A stretch of DNA of 64,000 bases, from assembly GCF_022045235.1 (NCBI RefSeq), contig NW_027266275.1, positions 19,902,001 through 19,966,000 of the forward strand, read 5' to 3'. The number at the start of each line of letters is the position of its first letter. Positions within the stretch are counted from its first letter, which is position 1. The translations under genes and the position numbers were made by a program. Positions 1-12,930 of this stretch are shown piece after piece. This stretch comes from Haliotis cracherodii (lineage: Eukaryota). The notes below the pieces were generated by a model. It was not told the origin of the DNA. It did not search any database and saw only the letters and a program-made list of their open reading frames with translations.

Positions 1-540
1 ATTTCTTTGTACATATGAATTTGAATTTCTGCTCGTATTGGCAAGATCAAAACGGGAATATGGCCAAGAAGTTTAGCTTATAAAATGATTCAGGTATATC
101 GATGATCTGATATCGTTCAATAACGGTCAAATAAAAAAGTCCCTTCTATCGATATACCCACCTGAACTAGAAATGAAAGAGAGCAGTGAAACCGCATTAT
201 TTGGTTCATATTTAGACTGATGCAGAACGAAGGTGGTTAAAAACTCCCCGCATGACTGTATCAAAAGGGATGACTTAACCTTCCAATAGTCAACGTACAC
301 AACTTTTGAGATACAACTGAGCCGCGATTCTCTTTGCATGAAGACTTCAAACAGCGTCATACGATTCTAGCTCAAAAGTTGTTTGATCTAAGTTACAACA
401 TTCAAAGACTCAGCAAAAGGTTTAATGGTAGACATGTGGAGGGTATTAACGTATTTGATGCATCATCCGATGCAAATACCTATATTGACTTGTACCATAA
501 TTTATGTTCCCGTTTTTTTTTTCAGGTGAACAATTGATGT
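1..540 (+). mobile_element. Decayed reverse-transcriptase fragment, probably Penelope-like
   Basis: FRYIDDLISFNN, IYPPELEMKE, FGSYLD, KRDDLTF; duplicated at about 12320-12930. Confidence 0.65.
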
Positions 541-1159
541 ATTTTTGACGGGTGCCATCGATTGAGCAGGATACGCTCACCTTTTCGCGGACACCTGCCA
601 TCATCACTATTTGATAGTGATTCATAAACACATGCTCGTGATATAGTAAGAATCGTACAATGATTTCGTACAGAATTTCGAATGATTGTGGAAAAGGAAA
701 CATTTTTTTAACTGACACCTCTGCCTAATATGTGTATCAATGAGTTCAAAGACATTTCAGTGGGTGGTTGTTGTATTCCACAATCAGGTGTATTCGACCT
801 ACACCACAGTACGAAATCGAGCCTGGACAAGATGAATGGGTGATATCATGACCCACGCTAATAAGATGACACGCACTTCTAGATATCGTAACAAGGTGAC
901 AGATTGATCCTCGTGTTAGCGGGTTCCTGCCACAAGCTTGAGGGTTTGGCCAGGGCACATAGTCCACATGTGGACCATAGTTCAACATGGGAAACCTGTC
1001 ACTCTGATTAAGGAGTTGCAAGATCACGTTCGTTTTTCAGGTTTATGTACACCTTACGGGATGCAGCTCACGCGATTCCACCATGAACGTACTTTGACTC
1101 ATTATCAAACGTTCATATATTTATTGTTACAGTTTTTACTTTCTTACAGCTTCATCAGT

Positions 1160-4100
1160 TTAGAAGGGGTTAGCGACGACGGGGCCTCCAGGGTAGTACT
1201 GTGGGTATCCGCTATAGTGACATGTGCCATTGTAAAGGATCTTGAAGTCTGGCACTGAAACAAATATATGATGTAAAGAGTTACCAAAAAACAAACAGTT
1301 CACATTCGTTCTTTGCAAATTTGCAAATCATTGTTCACACTTCTCTGAATTTGTAATATAACACTGTCGGTAATTCCTACAAATTCTTATGTTTTTCATA
1401 TTTTACACGTGTCATCTGACTGATCCTTTAGTTCGAATGTGACACTGGTGCCCCAGTTGTTAAAGACACCGCAATTGGATGTGCGTGAATTAATATTCTC
1501 AGACTACTTTGATCGAATGCTAAAATGTGATCTTGACCTTGGTTTGTGAGTACAATGCTTGCGTTACATAAATGCCTACGGCCTATCTGATTTTAGGCGT
1601 TCCTCCCACTTAAAGGCGACATGGAGTGATAGGAATGAAAGGATGTTCAAGGTCGCAAACTTGTTCTCACGCCGTACTAAGATCATTTTGACGTTGAACT
1701 ATTTAGACAGATATACAGACAGACAGGTTTATTCAGTATTATGGCTATATAGCCTCAAGTACAATTGATACTAGTTCATAATATGATGCCACGTGCATAT
1801 ATAGAAATTACATCTTCTTGTATCTGATAGTAAAACATGCTTTTTATAAGTAGCCACTGAAAATATAAGATGTTTATTTTGTGAATTGATAATATTTATC
1901 ATTGACATTTCAGATTTATAGTCATGATTCAAAAAGGGGAGATATGTAGATCTTAACTTGGGATACCTGTTACACTTAAAGAAGATAATGCGAAGATGAA
2001 ACAGTTTCGTATATCGTAAATATATCTTTCACTCGCTGCTTAAATATTCCCATAAACACTTGAATGTTACCAATTTCCTGTAAATCCACATAAAAGAAAA
2101 CCCACATGTAAATAATAGATTTCTTACTTCAGATACCCAGTTATGTTTACCTATATCATCCAACTGGACGGATTAGTAGCTACGATAAGATTCCTTAACG
2201 CGAACAGCGATAGATATACACTGCCGTCAAACAAAATATGAAACTTGACCTAATCAATCCACGTGTACTAATGACGTAACGTTATCAATATATAATGTCA
2301 TGAACACGGGATATGGTTTTGTGAACATTGGCACAGCCGTATGACGTCACAGTGTTCCAACTGTTGAAGCAGCCTTTGAAATCGCAAATATACACATGTC
2401 TTATCAGTCTTACCAGTGGATGGGTTGCATCAAACGTACCTTTAAGGGAAGGGTTGATCTTGAATTTCTCAATGAATGAGTCGATGTATCTGCACAGTTC
2501 GCATTCACCCCTGAAGGTTCCATGGTTAGTACAAATTGACATTTGGCTCAGGGGACAGAATGTCTGGATGCTGCCACCGAGAGGTCCCTCCAGGGCGATG
2601 TCAGATGTGTTTACCGCAAACTTCTCACAGTTAGCCTGGATAGGATATATGATCATTGTGTCAATATCTGTTCACAGTTGCTCACAGTCTGATTCGTTCA
2701 TTCATTTTTGCAATATTCGTATTCATGAAGAAGGAGACGTAAGAAACACGTGCAGGTGTATGAAAAAAAGGAAGTTAGTTTGTCAACTATTTGACATTTC
2801 TAAATGGCCAAAAAGGGCCCCCATCCTATTTCGTCCTTTATAAGTTTGGCACCATTCTGATACTCATTCAGTTGCGCTGACTACTAAAGTATGCCTGCAC
2901 CCTGCATCCACTGTCCTATCTGGACATGTAAAAATGCAATTTGAAATCCGTCATATGCATTCTAGATTTTTCCGATCTGTACCCATGCGAATTTGGAATT
3001 AATGACTGCATTCAAATAAATAAAAGTGTCAAAACCCCTTCAATAATCACAAGAAATCTCTTCGAATCGATTGTATGATTCCGACTATATCATGAACATG
3101 TTTTTATGAATCACCATCAAACAGTGATGATACCAGCATATTGGAAGACTTACTTCCACAGGCGTGGGGCAGGAAGTGGTGTACGACACAATGGAGAGCC
3201 GGGTGCCGTTCTTGGAAGCAGCACACTGGGCCAGGGTGAAGCGACATTTATTTTCTGTTGTAAAACAATATCCATTGGTTATTCATTCGACATCGTCTTT
3301 GAAAACAGATGTGTATCTCAGTCTGTGCTTTGAAAAGCAAGAGCCAGATACAAATCTCTGTTCAGCAGTGAACGTTAATATTGCATCTTTAACGAAACCT
3401 ATGAAACGATCAAGATGATAATAATAATAATAATAATAGTGCCAGAATCACCCAAACCCTCTTTGCTGCATTTTTTATTTTAATCTGTAAATAATAATAA
3501 TAATGTTTCTTCATCTGAAACGTGGCAAGGTAGAAGAGGGAGGATCAGTCAGTTTACTTGGAGGAGTTATTAACCATCTCGTGGAAGGTCAGGCCTATAC
3601 GTACTTAGGGATGCAGATTAGGAACAAACTCCAGAATGCCCATATCAAGGACAAACTTCGAGTACAAATGTAGACTTAGGTAAATTTGGAGTTTTCTCAA
3701 CGATCGCAACAAAGTAAAAGCCACAAATACTTATGCTGTACCCGTCCTTTTGGTGTTGTTGATTGGACGAAACAAGAAATTCAGGGTATTGACACCCTCA
3801 CCCGATGAATCATGGCAGACAATACATCCAACCACCCTCGCTCTTTCCTCAATCGCTTATATTTATCATTCATTATGGGAAGACGTGGTTTGATTAATGT
3901 TGGGGGTCTTCATGATAGAATAGTTTATTTATTATTATTTGTCTGATGATCCTCTTGTGAAGCATGTCAAGACTCATGATGAAAACAAGGCATTCTACAG
4001 TTTTCTAAAACGAGCCAAGGGTGTGGGACATAATCTCAATGTCTGTGTTGATTTTGTTGATGGTTCTGTGCTGCTGGACGGTACAGAGAAGTGGGTGACA

Positions 4101-7100
4101 ACCTTGCGAAGTGCCATATTAAGTCGGCCCAGACAGAAACCCCGCAGACTCCTTCGCTTGGATGAGGTTGACTGGCCTGAACAGTGAGACAGAAGGCTTT
4201 CTGTTTGATGCTCAGGACCAGTCACTTCCACCCGAAACCGTCAATGTGTGATTTTGCATCATAATGTAAATATGAAATGTAGATTATGTAATGAATTTAA
4301 TGAGACTGTCCAACACATTGTCAGTGGATGTCCAGCTTTGGCACAAACACAGTATCTTAAGCGACATGATGGAGTGGCTCGATCATTTTGTTACCATCTT
4401 CGCCATGCTTGTAGTTTGACACAGATGTCCATCCATGGTACGACCCAGAATATGTAGAGGGCGTCGTAGAACATGATAAATACAAAATTCTTTGGAATAG
4501 GCCCCGTATACAGCCTCAGACGTATCCATGCCAACAAACCCGATCTTATCCTTTCGGATAAATTCAATGAAATCATTCATATTATTGATTTTTTTCTGTC
4601 CCTTATGACACCAAAGTGATTGACAAGATACGTAAAAAACATGGCAAATATGTAGGCCGCTTTCGAAATGTCACGTTTGCATACCAAGTACCAAGTTGTC
4701 CGACTCCCCATTGTTCTTAGTGCCTTAGGTTTGGTACCTCCCAATCTGTCGACTGACATGGGGAGAGTACCCGGGTTTGCTACCAGGAATACAGCCCTTC
4801 TGACATCCTCCGAATGTTCTGGGTGGGTTTGAGTAGTCAGCGCTTCCTGGGAGAAGTCCCATTCGCTGTCTTGTCTGCGTGTAAAGGGGGCACGGGCCCT
4901 GAGCTGATGATGAGCCTAACCAGCCTGACTGTGTCAGGATCACCAAAACCTCCTTTGCTGCATTTATTTATTCTGTATATAATTATAATAATCATAATAA
5001 TAATAATAATTGTAATAAAAATAATAACAAAAATTTAAACCAGGCAACTCCGCTGTGGATTACAGATGTCTACACACATACAGCTATTACTTCGTAATTA
5101 TTTGATATATGTTCACCGAACGATCGAGTCCACTTGAATGTTGTCCGAATAAGGTTACACTGTATCCATAAAAAATGTTGAACATATGCTAAGTTATTTG
5201 TATGCATTATGATACGCCAGTATATTGCCTTGTGGACGAAACATGATATTACGACACACCAGTTATGCCATGATCAGTGTGTGCCTGTCAGTGATACAAA
5301 TCTCTCACCGAATTGACAAAAAACTGCCAGACACGCAGTATCCCCCGTGAAGATCCGGGTTAGAATTCGTAATCAGCAACCCATACTTGTCGCAAGAAGC
5401 GAGTCACAGGGTCGGATGGTCAGGCTCGTTGGTTTGGTTGATGCATGTTATCGTATCCCATGTGAGTAAATCGATGATCATGATGCTCGATTATTTACAG
5501 ACCGGCGACATTTAGCTGGAACGTTGCTAAGTGCGACGTTTAACAACAAACAAGCGGCCAATTTCCAACTGAAAATCTCTCACCGTACACAACACCGTCA
5601 GACGCGCAGACAGGGGATTTTTCCTCGTTGCAGATCTGGTCACAAGTGGAGGTATGATAGCCGCCGAGGATGTTGCCACAAGATCCCCTATAAGAAAGCC
5701 GGATGTGTGGGAGGCCTAACTGCTCTTTCTTGCAGTTGGCGGTGTCCAAGTCACAGGAACTTCCTGAATATCACAAATAATATATTTGAGTTTCATGTCG
5801 TATTTTCTGTTGTAAAACAATATCCATTGGTTATTCATTCGACATCGTCTTTGAATACAGGTGTGTATCTCAGTCTGTTCTTTGAAAAGCAAGCGTTAGA
5901 TACAATTCTCTATTAAGCAGTGAACGTTAAACTGACGATATTGCATCTTTAATGAAAACTATTAAACTATCAAGATAATAATTTTAAGTCATAGCCATAT
6001 TAGCGGATAAGCATTATATGAATTCAAATTTGCGGGTGTTATTTAGTATTTGATGGCAGCAAATGTCATTTGTAATGGTCATATACACACGCTTATCTGA
6101 AACCAGGTAATGTTTATCAACGTTGTAAATTAATAAATTCAACAGTAAATTTCTGTAGCTCTGTTTTGGGTGAGGCCGGGATCCGAACCGACGAATATAA
6201 GATCATTCCAGGACTGAGGGGCACAAATCAGCGCAGAAAATTACGGCGCCGACGACCGATTGGGCAACGCATATATCAATTTGTATGAGTGAGTGAGTGA
6301 GTTGGGTTTAACGCCGCTTTTAACAGTATTCCAGTATTCCAGTTATATCGTCGTTTTTGGAAACATGTTACACATGTTTTTCATAAAAACTTTCGAAAGT
6401 TTTGATAAGGACTTGAATGCTGCAAACCTTGATCAAACACCTTTAGAGACATCTGAGACTCTTTAGAATCTTCATAGCAATTGGAAATTATGATAAAGTC
6501 ATACTTACTGTAAGTTTGTCCGTCCGATCCACACACAGGCGAGGATGTGTGACAGGCCAAGTTGCAGGACGTAGGGGCACCAAGTGCCACTGAAATTCAA
6601 AAGTCAACGCCAGAGAGTATCAGTCTCGGGTGTCTGCCGAAACAGATTTCAAAAAGCCACAATTGTGATGAAGCTTATATGAATGGGTCACTGAAAGTAA
6701 GTGATGACACCAGGTACGAAAGGCTAATACATGTATTAAACTGCCACGTTTTACTGGCACAGTGGAACAAATCGTTGATTGCAATAAAAAGAGTCATGGT
6801 CTTGATTTCACCTGTTTCATAAAGCGATCGCTGTTTTACGGCTGTCGTAAATCTATATCAAACTATGGATGTTACGACAGTCTCAGATCTGCAATCTCTT
6901 TGTGAAACCGGGCCAAAGAGAAAGCTTAAACGACATCAATAAACTGTTCAGATCGATCTGAATGGGATTTACAAACTGCACCTAAATAATAGATCAGTAA
7001 TAGAAACAAATGAACAAAAACACATAAACGCCTGCTGCAACTTCTTAGCCTTTTTTTAGGGTAAGTTTAGTCAGTTATAGGAAAGGCTATATATACATCA

Positions 7101-7584
7101 TATTGATTTTCATATTCACATCAAAGCGTCAGACATGAGTATATATGTTCCCGAAATCAAGGTACATGTGCCTGTGACAGGAAAAATAAGCATAACACAC
7201 CAATTTAAAAAGTTCCAATGTTCCGTAGTATAAACATAAATATGATGTAACATTTAGCTTCACGCTGCTTTTCCTACAGTGCTGAAAGAATGTGTTTCAA
7301 AATATTTTGAAACAGAGAGTGTCAAAGGTCATAGTATATTACACTGAAAGGGACAACAGAAATCCTTTGGTTCTAAATTAATTTACCGCAGTCCGATACA
7401 CAGGTAGCATAGCTCAATTTTGAAATCACCGAAGGATGATATCCCATCTGTAAAATTTAAAAGGTGACAACATTTGCAGATCCCATTTGGTCCTTGTACA
7501 ACAAAACTTTTTTCGGCCTTCTGACTGATCTAACAACCACGGATACATACCACCGAGAAAGGAAAGACAAACAAGAGCCAACAT
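1160..7584 (-). CDS. Secreted three-domain Kazal-type serine protease inhibitor-like protein, copy A (228 aa, 6 coding exons)
   Basis: Exons 7584-7551, 6589-6509, 5763-5584, 3254-3154, 2635-2440, 1254-1160; all introns GT-AG, phases 1,1,1,0,1; total 687 nt with no internal stop. Protein: MLALVCLSFLGVALGAPTSCNLACHTSSPVCGSDGQTYRSSCDLDTANCKKEQLGLPHIRLSYRGSCGNILGGYHTSTCDQICNEEKSPVCASDGVVYENKCRFTLAQCAASKNGTRLSIVSYTTSCPTPVEANCEKFAVNTSDIALEGPLGGSIQTFCPLSQMSICTNHGTFRGECELCRYIDSFIEKFKINPSLKVPDFKILYNGTCHYSGYPQYYPGGPVVANPF*. Hydrophobic signal peptide, 18 Cys in the mature chain, PVCGSDG/PVCASDG Kazal motifs; AATAAA about 40 nt after the stop. Confidence 0.92.
3505..4975 (+). mobile_element. 5'-truncated decayed non-LTR retrotransposon with restriction-like endonuclease (R4/Dong-like), intron 3 of Kazal A
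   Basis: GRRGLINV, CCHC finger CRLCNEFNETVQHIVSGCPALAQTQYLKRHD, NKPDL; flanked by (TAA)n tracts at 3418-3440, 3490-3504 and 4977-5030. Confidence 0.85.
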
Positions 7585-7687
7585 GTCTGTTGTCCACGAG
7601 ATCTTTTCAGAGAACTGACCCAAACGTATTTTTGTCTTTTTTCTAGTTTTTCCTTTCTAGGTGACCTCTGTTTTTATCTTGATTTGG

Positions 7688-7705
7688 TTTTATCATATGA
7701 TAAAA
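7688..7705. promoter_or_regulatory. 18-bp perfect palindrome with two inverted GATA sites upstream of Kazal copy A
   Basis: TTTTATCATATGATAAAA; identical copy upstream of B at 23352-23369. Confidence 0.5.
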
Positions 7706-8830
7706 GCACATGCGTTAAATGAAGACTAAACTTGGCGAAGTGCCATTGCTGGCTATTTTGGTTCACGTCCCACATGATCTGCCTGTTCAAACTTTATGAT
7801 CGATAACAATTTACTCGTTAATGATAAGTCTATTTATATAGGGACAATGTCTGTCTTGTTTATACTGCTGCACGGCGTCAGGCAACGAACACAAACTTTT
7901 ATGCAAATTGTGGGAGCTACTGGTAGGGCAGGACCTGCTTACCCTTTTCACAAACACCTGGTGTCATCACTGATTGTCAGTGATCCTTTCATATAATTTT
8001 CACTACTATCATATCGTTAACGCCCCATGGAATCTGTTTCGGAAAAAAACATTGAGACCGATTATTCTGTGGCGTTGAAGGGGGCACGGGTGGCCCAGTC
8101 GTCTTAGGCGCCGCGATTCGCTGTGCAGACTTGTGTCCCTTGGGCACGCCAGAAATCTATGATTGTGGGTTCGAATCCCGGTTTCTAGATTTTTCAACAC
8201 CATACCCATGCTGGTGGGTTTCACCGAAGTGGTAAACGTCTGAGACCTGCTTCACTTCGGGCTTTCGTCCAACATTGGCAGTTTCAATATCACTAAGATT
8301 ACATAACCATGCTGTTTAACATCTGTCCGCCTGTTAATCATGTCTTATGTATTGCAACACCTGACTGGTCTGAAACACAAACACATTAAAGGGTTGTTTG
8401 TATGCATTAAAGCGCCCAAGGTATTCGTTTTATGTTTTTAAAATGCCTAAAGTGGTCGTTTAATGGAACAAGGTTATCGTCATGAGAGCAGCATACATCA
8501 AAATGAATTATTTTTTTCATCTCGTAGATTCTTTTACGTGCTGGCAAAGTGTAGGTACACTTTAAAGTTACAACGCCATTATTTTAAAAACATGGTTATT
8601 TATGGGTTGATATTTTATCATCCGAAAAGTATGTCAACATAGATGGCGGAGAAAACAAGCAAGCTTTGCAACACACTTTTCACCATTAAAAAAAGAAATA
8701 TTGACTGACCTCGACGGCTCCAACAATAGATTTCTATCACCAGATTAACAACTGATAAACCATTGCTTTGACCTAATAGCTATGGGAAATATGCACCTGG
8801 AAAGTAATGAAACAACGCTCACTATATATA

Positions 8831-9846
8831 CTCTTTAAAAAGTAGGGCGTAATACCGACACGATTGGTCAAACATTTATTCACTCGACGAGGCATACTGT
8901 GTATGTGCTCCCAAAAGCTGTTTGAGGAAGTCTGTCCCACTCATCTTGCAGCGTTTGGTCACGTTAACCCAACGTTGTCGACGGCCTATGACGTTGACGC
9001 ATACGTCATGTTCCAGACTATTCCGATTTGGGAACGGTCTGGGCTTTTTGCTGGCCATGACATTCTGTGGATGCTGTGCAGCTGTACGTGGGCATGGACG
9101 ATTCGTGTACGGTTTACACGGGCGATGTCGTCCTGAAAGACGAAACGTCCATCCACACGACTTCCAAACGGGTCAACAAAGATTATCAGTATGTTGTCCA
9201 GAAAGTACTGTCCTGTAACCCTTCCTTGGAGTGGGGATCGCACAGTCATAGTCCTGCCTCCTGACACGATAACCGATCCACCAACTAACATTGGCTTGAC
9301 GTTCATTTGGACGTCACCAGGTTAGACAACGCATATCAAGAAAATGCAAAGGGAATCGGGACTCATCAGAACACATGACACGCAACCAGCGACGATTACA
9401 CCTTGTCGTTGTCCTGGGACGCCCTGAACGGGGTCGATCGTCAACAGTTTGGGTTTCTTGGTACCCGTTCCATAGTCTACTAATCACAGACTGTTTAACA
9501 TTGAACGTATCAGCCACTGCATGCTGACTTCTGCAAGTTTCCAGTAGAAACTCCACGCGTTACAGACGCCGCATCGCACAAACAGTGACTGAAATCAAGT
9601 AAATCATAACTGTATGATAAGCAGAATCAATAAGACTGATTGAAATAATGGTCCACAAAGATTAACATACCTTCCTTGAAAGTGTCAAAATCAGGAATGA
9701 TACCCTACGCACGTGTTTGGCGCTGCTATATGAGGCATGTGAGGTGTGTTTTAACGCTCACGCACATGTTTGTCGTCAACACTTCTCTTTGTTCTAAGAC
9801 TTGGCATTAAATTATATATTTCATGATCCTCTACTTTTTTAAGGAG
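8831..9846 (-). mobile_element. Decayed Tc1-type transposon
   Basis: Ends TA-CTCTTTAAAAAGTAG ... CTACTTTTTTAAGGAG-TA; fragments VISRLW..YQET..VDDRPRSGRPRTTT, CSDESRF, VFQDD, WPAKSPD. Confidence 0.85.
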
Positions 9847-11989
9847 TATATTTCACTATTAAGGAGGCAATTCCTGACATAGTATCCAGCATTTTATTTA
9901 TTTACAAAATACAATTTTGTTTTTGTTTATAAAATGACAGACTATTGAGATACATGGTTGTTAATCGATTATCTCACTTTATGTTTTGTAACAGCTCCAT
10001 GGCAACAGTTATAGAGTACCTACCAACGGAATCCTCTCCTTCTTTGCGTCATGCAATATGGCTAAGTACTGGCGACCATCTAGAGACAGTTACAGTGTTA
10101 ATAACCAACTTTCCATTAAACGTGTGATACACAAGGGACGCAACTCCTGCTAAAATCTAATAATCACGATCACTGCATTTAATCAAACTTTCGTTTTGAA
10201 CACGTCCACTTTATATTAACAGTGACCGATGGGTCCATGCCCACACGTCACAAGTTAATATAAAAATATGAAATCTAATGTATTAGTATGTTTCATAGAA
10301 TATTTCAGAAAAAAAGATAACTTGAAAATAGCTAAGGGAACAAAAGCTGCAAAATGATGAGGAACGTTGAGATGGTAGTCGTGTCAGGGATGTTAAAGCC
10401 GGTGGTGATACTGGTTATAAATGTTGTGACTGGTATGAATGTGTAGACGTCAGGTCCATTCTATAACTGTAGGTAGCCCCAATTCGATATGTAGACATCA
10501 CCGCTTATATATTTAACTTGAACGACGGTTCCAAGCACGTTTATACTAAATATATAAATGCTATAAGAATACAGAATCATAGCACTCATAATACCAAACT
10601 AGAAAATTGATTATATCCATATAAAAATGCACGGGACAGTGTCATCGGTGAAGTGTTAAAAATATAAACTACCGGGCAAAAGAAAGTATACACCCATGTT
10701 GGAGTGTGGTCAAAATGAAACAAGCAAGAACTTCTTCAAAGGTGACGTATTTGATACGGGGAAAATAACTGTGTTTAGGACCTTACGTTTGCAGTGCCTC
10801 GGCGACTGTTTTCAGCCAAGTAACGTTTTCATAACGCTTGTAATATTTAGGTCGAATCCACTTTTTGAATAAATACTTTCTTTTGCCTGGCAGTATATAT
10901 AGCAGTGGAATGATGGATATGTATTGTTTTATCTATTATTTCACATACATCTTACAGATTACAAAGAAATGTGCTAGTCCTCAACTAAAAGTTAGCATTC
11001 TGAGATTTATATTTCCATCTTTTTTATTATCAATTTCGATCAGTTGCCTTCATTATTATTTCATGAAATTTACTATAAAAGATCGAAATGGTTGAATCGT
11101 TAAATCCTTTCATTTATTAGCAATGTTTTGCTCTGAAGTCTAGCTCCTACAAAGAATAGGTTAAAATAACATTAAAAGTCAGTAGAGATTGTGGTAGTTT
11201 CGTCGTCATGCTATTTTCACTGTACAACATACAGCAAGAAAACTGACTCTTGAAAAGTGAGTGAGTAAGTCGAGTTTTACGCCGCTTTGAAAAGTATTCC
11301 AGTTATGTCACGGCGTGTCAGCTTGATGTGAGAGGACAGCCCGAAGTTGATGCAGGTCTGAGACGTTTACCATTTTGGTGAAACCCACGAGTACGGGTAT
11401 GGTGCATAAATGGGCCGAACCAGGATTAGTCAACGGCATACGGGCTTTTTACCATGTGTGATATAGCTGTGTACGCAGATGTGAAGACATATGGAGAGGT
11501 GCCAGTTGAACGGGCCCACATATTTCAATGTTAAAGAAACGACTTCATAAATACATGGAAAAGGTTTTGCTCTCATAAGCCAGTGACATACGACGTATAT
11601 GGTGTTACCTACGAGGAACCATTGTTACATACCCTTATGATATAGTCGGAATCGTACAATGGACACTGCTTTTGACAGAGATGTCATGATCATGGAAATT
11701 GCTTTGTTGCTTTTATATTAGGGAACCATTGCCATATATGCAATCCGACATAAGAACCATTGTTTTTTCCTTAAAGAAACGCCGACCTAGTGTTTAGTTT
11801 GAACTATTGCCATACATAAAATCCGACACGTTCTTTCCACTGACACACAGTTTACCATAGTTTTAAATCACTTTAGTTTAAAAAACACAAAAGATAGTAT
11901 GAAGTAAATCTCAACGAAATCCACTTTTAGAATGAGTCACACAGCATCAGATATTGGTATGCCCGTCGCCCGAATTGAGGTGCGGCAGC

Positions 11990-12260
11990 AAAAGTAATCA
12001 AGTCATGGACAAAGGGCACACACATATAAAATCGCTAAAGCTCAAAGACACGTCACAGCAATAGCGTGTATGACCTACCCCTGCCACAACGCACGAAAAC
12101 AATTCTCCGGAGCACAGAAAAGGTCTGTCGTCTGATGACGTCAGCTGTGATACGTCGCCATTTTCCTTGGATGGCCTGGATCAGTTGGGGGGATGTGGTC
12201 GCTATCGAACCCGATGATCCATGGCATCCCAGAGGTGTTCTACGGGGGGCATGTCGGGGT
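11990..12260 (-). mobile_element. Tc1-type transposase 3' fragment between the duplicated units
   Basis: Minus-strand QLIQAIQGKWRRITADVIRR...GRSYT resembles a Tc1 transposase C-terminus. Confidence 0.55.
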
Positions 12261-12319
12261 AGCGTGCAGGCATGTTTCATGAAAAGCTAAACTATCAGCC
12301 ACTATGTGAATTGCTTGAC

Positions 12320-12930
12320 TTCCTCATTGACAACATAGATGTGAAACTTGGTGATAGAACATTTAGGCACGTAATAGGTATATCCCAAATGAAGGCTTCC
12401 TTCCTTGCTGACCCAATTCATTGTGCATATGAATCGGAAGATTAAAAAGAGAATATGGCCAAGAGGGTGAGCGTATAATATGCTTGAGGTATATCGACGA
12501 TCTGATAACGTTCAATAACGGTCAAATAACTAAGTCCCTTTCATCGATAAACCCACCTGAACCAGAAATGAAAGAGAGGAGTTAAACCGCATTATTTGTT
12601 TCATATTCAGATTTATGCAGAACGAAGGTGGTTGAAAACTCCCCACATGACTTTATCAAAAGGGATGACTTAACCTTCCAATATTCAACGTACACAACTT
12701 TTGAGGTACAACTGAGCCGCGATTCTCTTTGCACGAAGACTTCAAACAGCATCATAGACTCTTACTCAAATGTTGTTTGATCTTAGTTACAACATTCAAG
12801 GACTCAGCAAAGCTTTCAAAAGGTTTAATGGTAGACATGCAGAGGGCATTTACAAATTTGATGCATCGTCTGATGCAAATACCTATTTTGTCTTGTTCCA
12901 TATGCTCCCGTGGTTTTTTTCAGATGGACA
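12320..12930 (+). mobile_element. Decayed reverse-transcriptase fragment, probably Penelope-like (unit B copy)
   Basis: IDNIDVKLGDRTFRHVIGI and RYIDDLITFNN; alignable to 1-540. Confidence 0.65.

Noticed and set aside
2328-2843. 171-aa plus-strand ORF, its twin at 16003-16443, and similar ORFs at 5524-5916 and 19650-19946
   Set aside because: Antisense shadows of Kazal exons; their conservation is explained by the duplication.
10024-10079. Candidate first coding exon of Kazal A
   Set aside because: Its ATG frame stops after 5 codons; the true signal-peptide exon is 7584-7551, matching B and C in length and phase.
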